Assembly (NCBI GenBank): GCA_013265495.1 | Contig: MU058337.1 | Coordinates: 1,890,686-1,954,685, forward strand | Reading direction: 5' to 3' | Source of the DNA: Vicugna vicugna | Lineage: Eukaryota | DNA length: 64,000 nt | In this document: one piece after another, positions 63,916 to 64,000 of the stretch | Numbering within the stretch: position 1 is the stretch's first letter | Layout of the letters: every line of letters starts with the position of its first letter | Notes under the pieces: model-generated | The model's input: only the letters and a program-made list of their open reading frames with translations | The model's database searches: none | Told to the model about the DNA's origin: nothing | Made by a program: the position numbers and the translations under genes

Positions 63916-64000
63916 GGGGGGGAGGGTACTTAACTCAGTGGTAGAGCATGTGCTTAGCATGCACAAGGTCCTGGGTTCAATCCCCAGAACCTCCATTTGA
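63916..64000 (+). mobile_element. Vic-1-type tRNA-derived SINE, cut by window end
   Basis: ggggggagggta..ctcagtggtagagcatgtgcttagcatgcacaaggtcctgggttcaatcccca, same family as 4346-4491. Confidence 0.9.

Noticed and set aside
1..64000. CRISPR arrays, operons, phage or defence systems, rRNA or snRNA genes
   Set aside because: Eukaryotic repeat-rich DNA; no regularly spaced repeats, long intact ORFs or recognisable structural RNA genes seen

Overview
Mammalian genomic DNA, most likely camelid (alpaca/llama/camel), judged from two Vic-1-type tRNA-derived SINEs and artiodactyl-type L1 3' ends. There are no prokaryotic features and no intact protein-coding gene that I can name. The window is mostly non-coding and rich in interspersed repeats (L1 of several ages, L2, CR1/L3, MIR, ERVL/MaLR and ERV1 LTRs, hAT DNA transposons). 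It also has a CpG island at ~58.2-59.2 kb and an 11-N assembly gap inside a poly-C tract. L1 copies are biased about 2:1 to the minus strand, compatible with a long + strand transcription unit. The most notable observations are: (i) a cluster of minus-strand exon-like segments in the first 14 kb that may be an unidentified, possibly decaying, multi-exon gene; (ii) a 76-bp-arm inverted repeat apparently made by fold-back copying at an L1 5' junction; (iii) a twin-primed L1 and a TSD-bounded chimeric L1; (iv) a dispersed 60-bp duplication. Repeat subfamily names were assigned by eye from remembered consensus sequences, and boundaries of old repeats are approximate.
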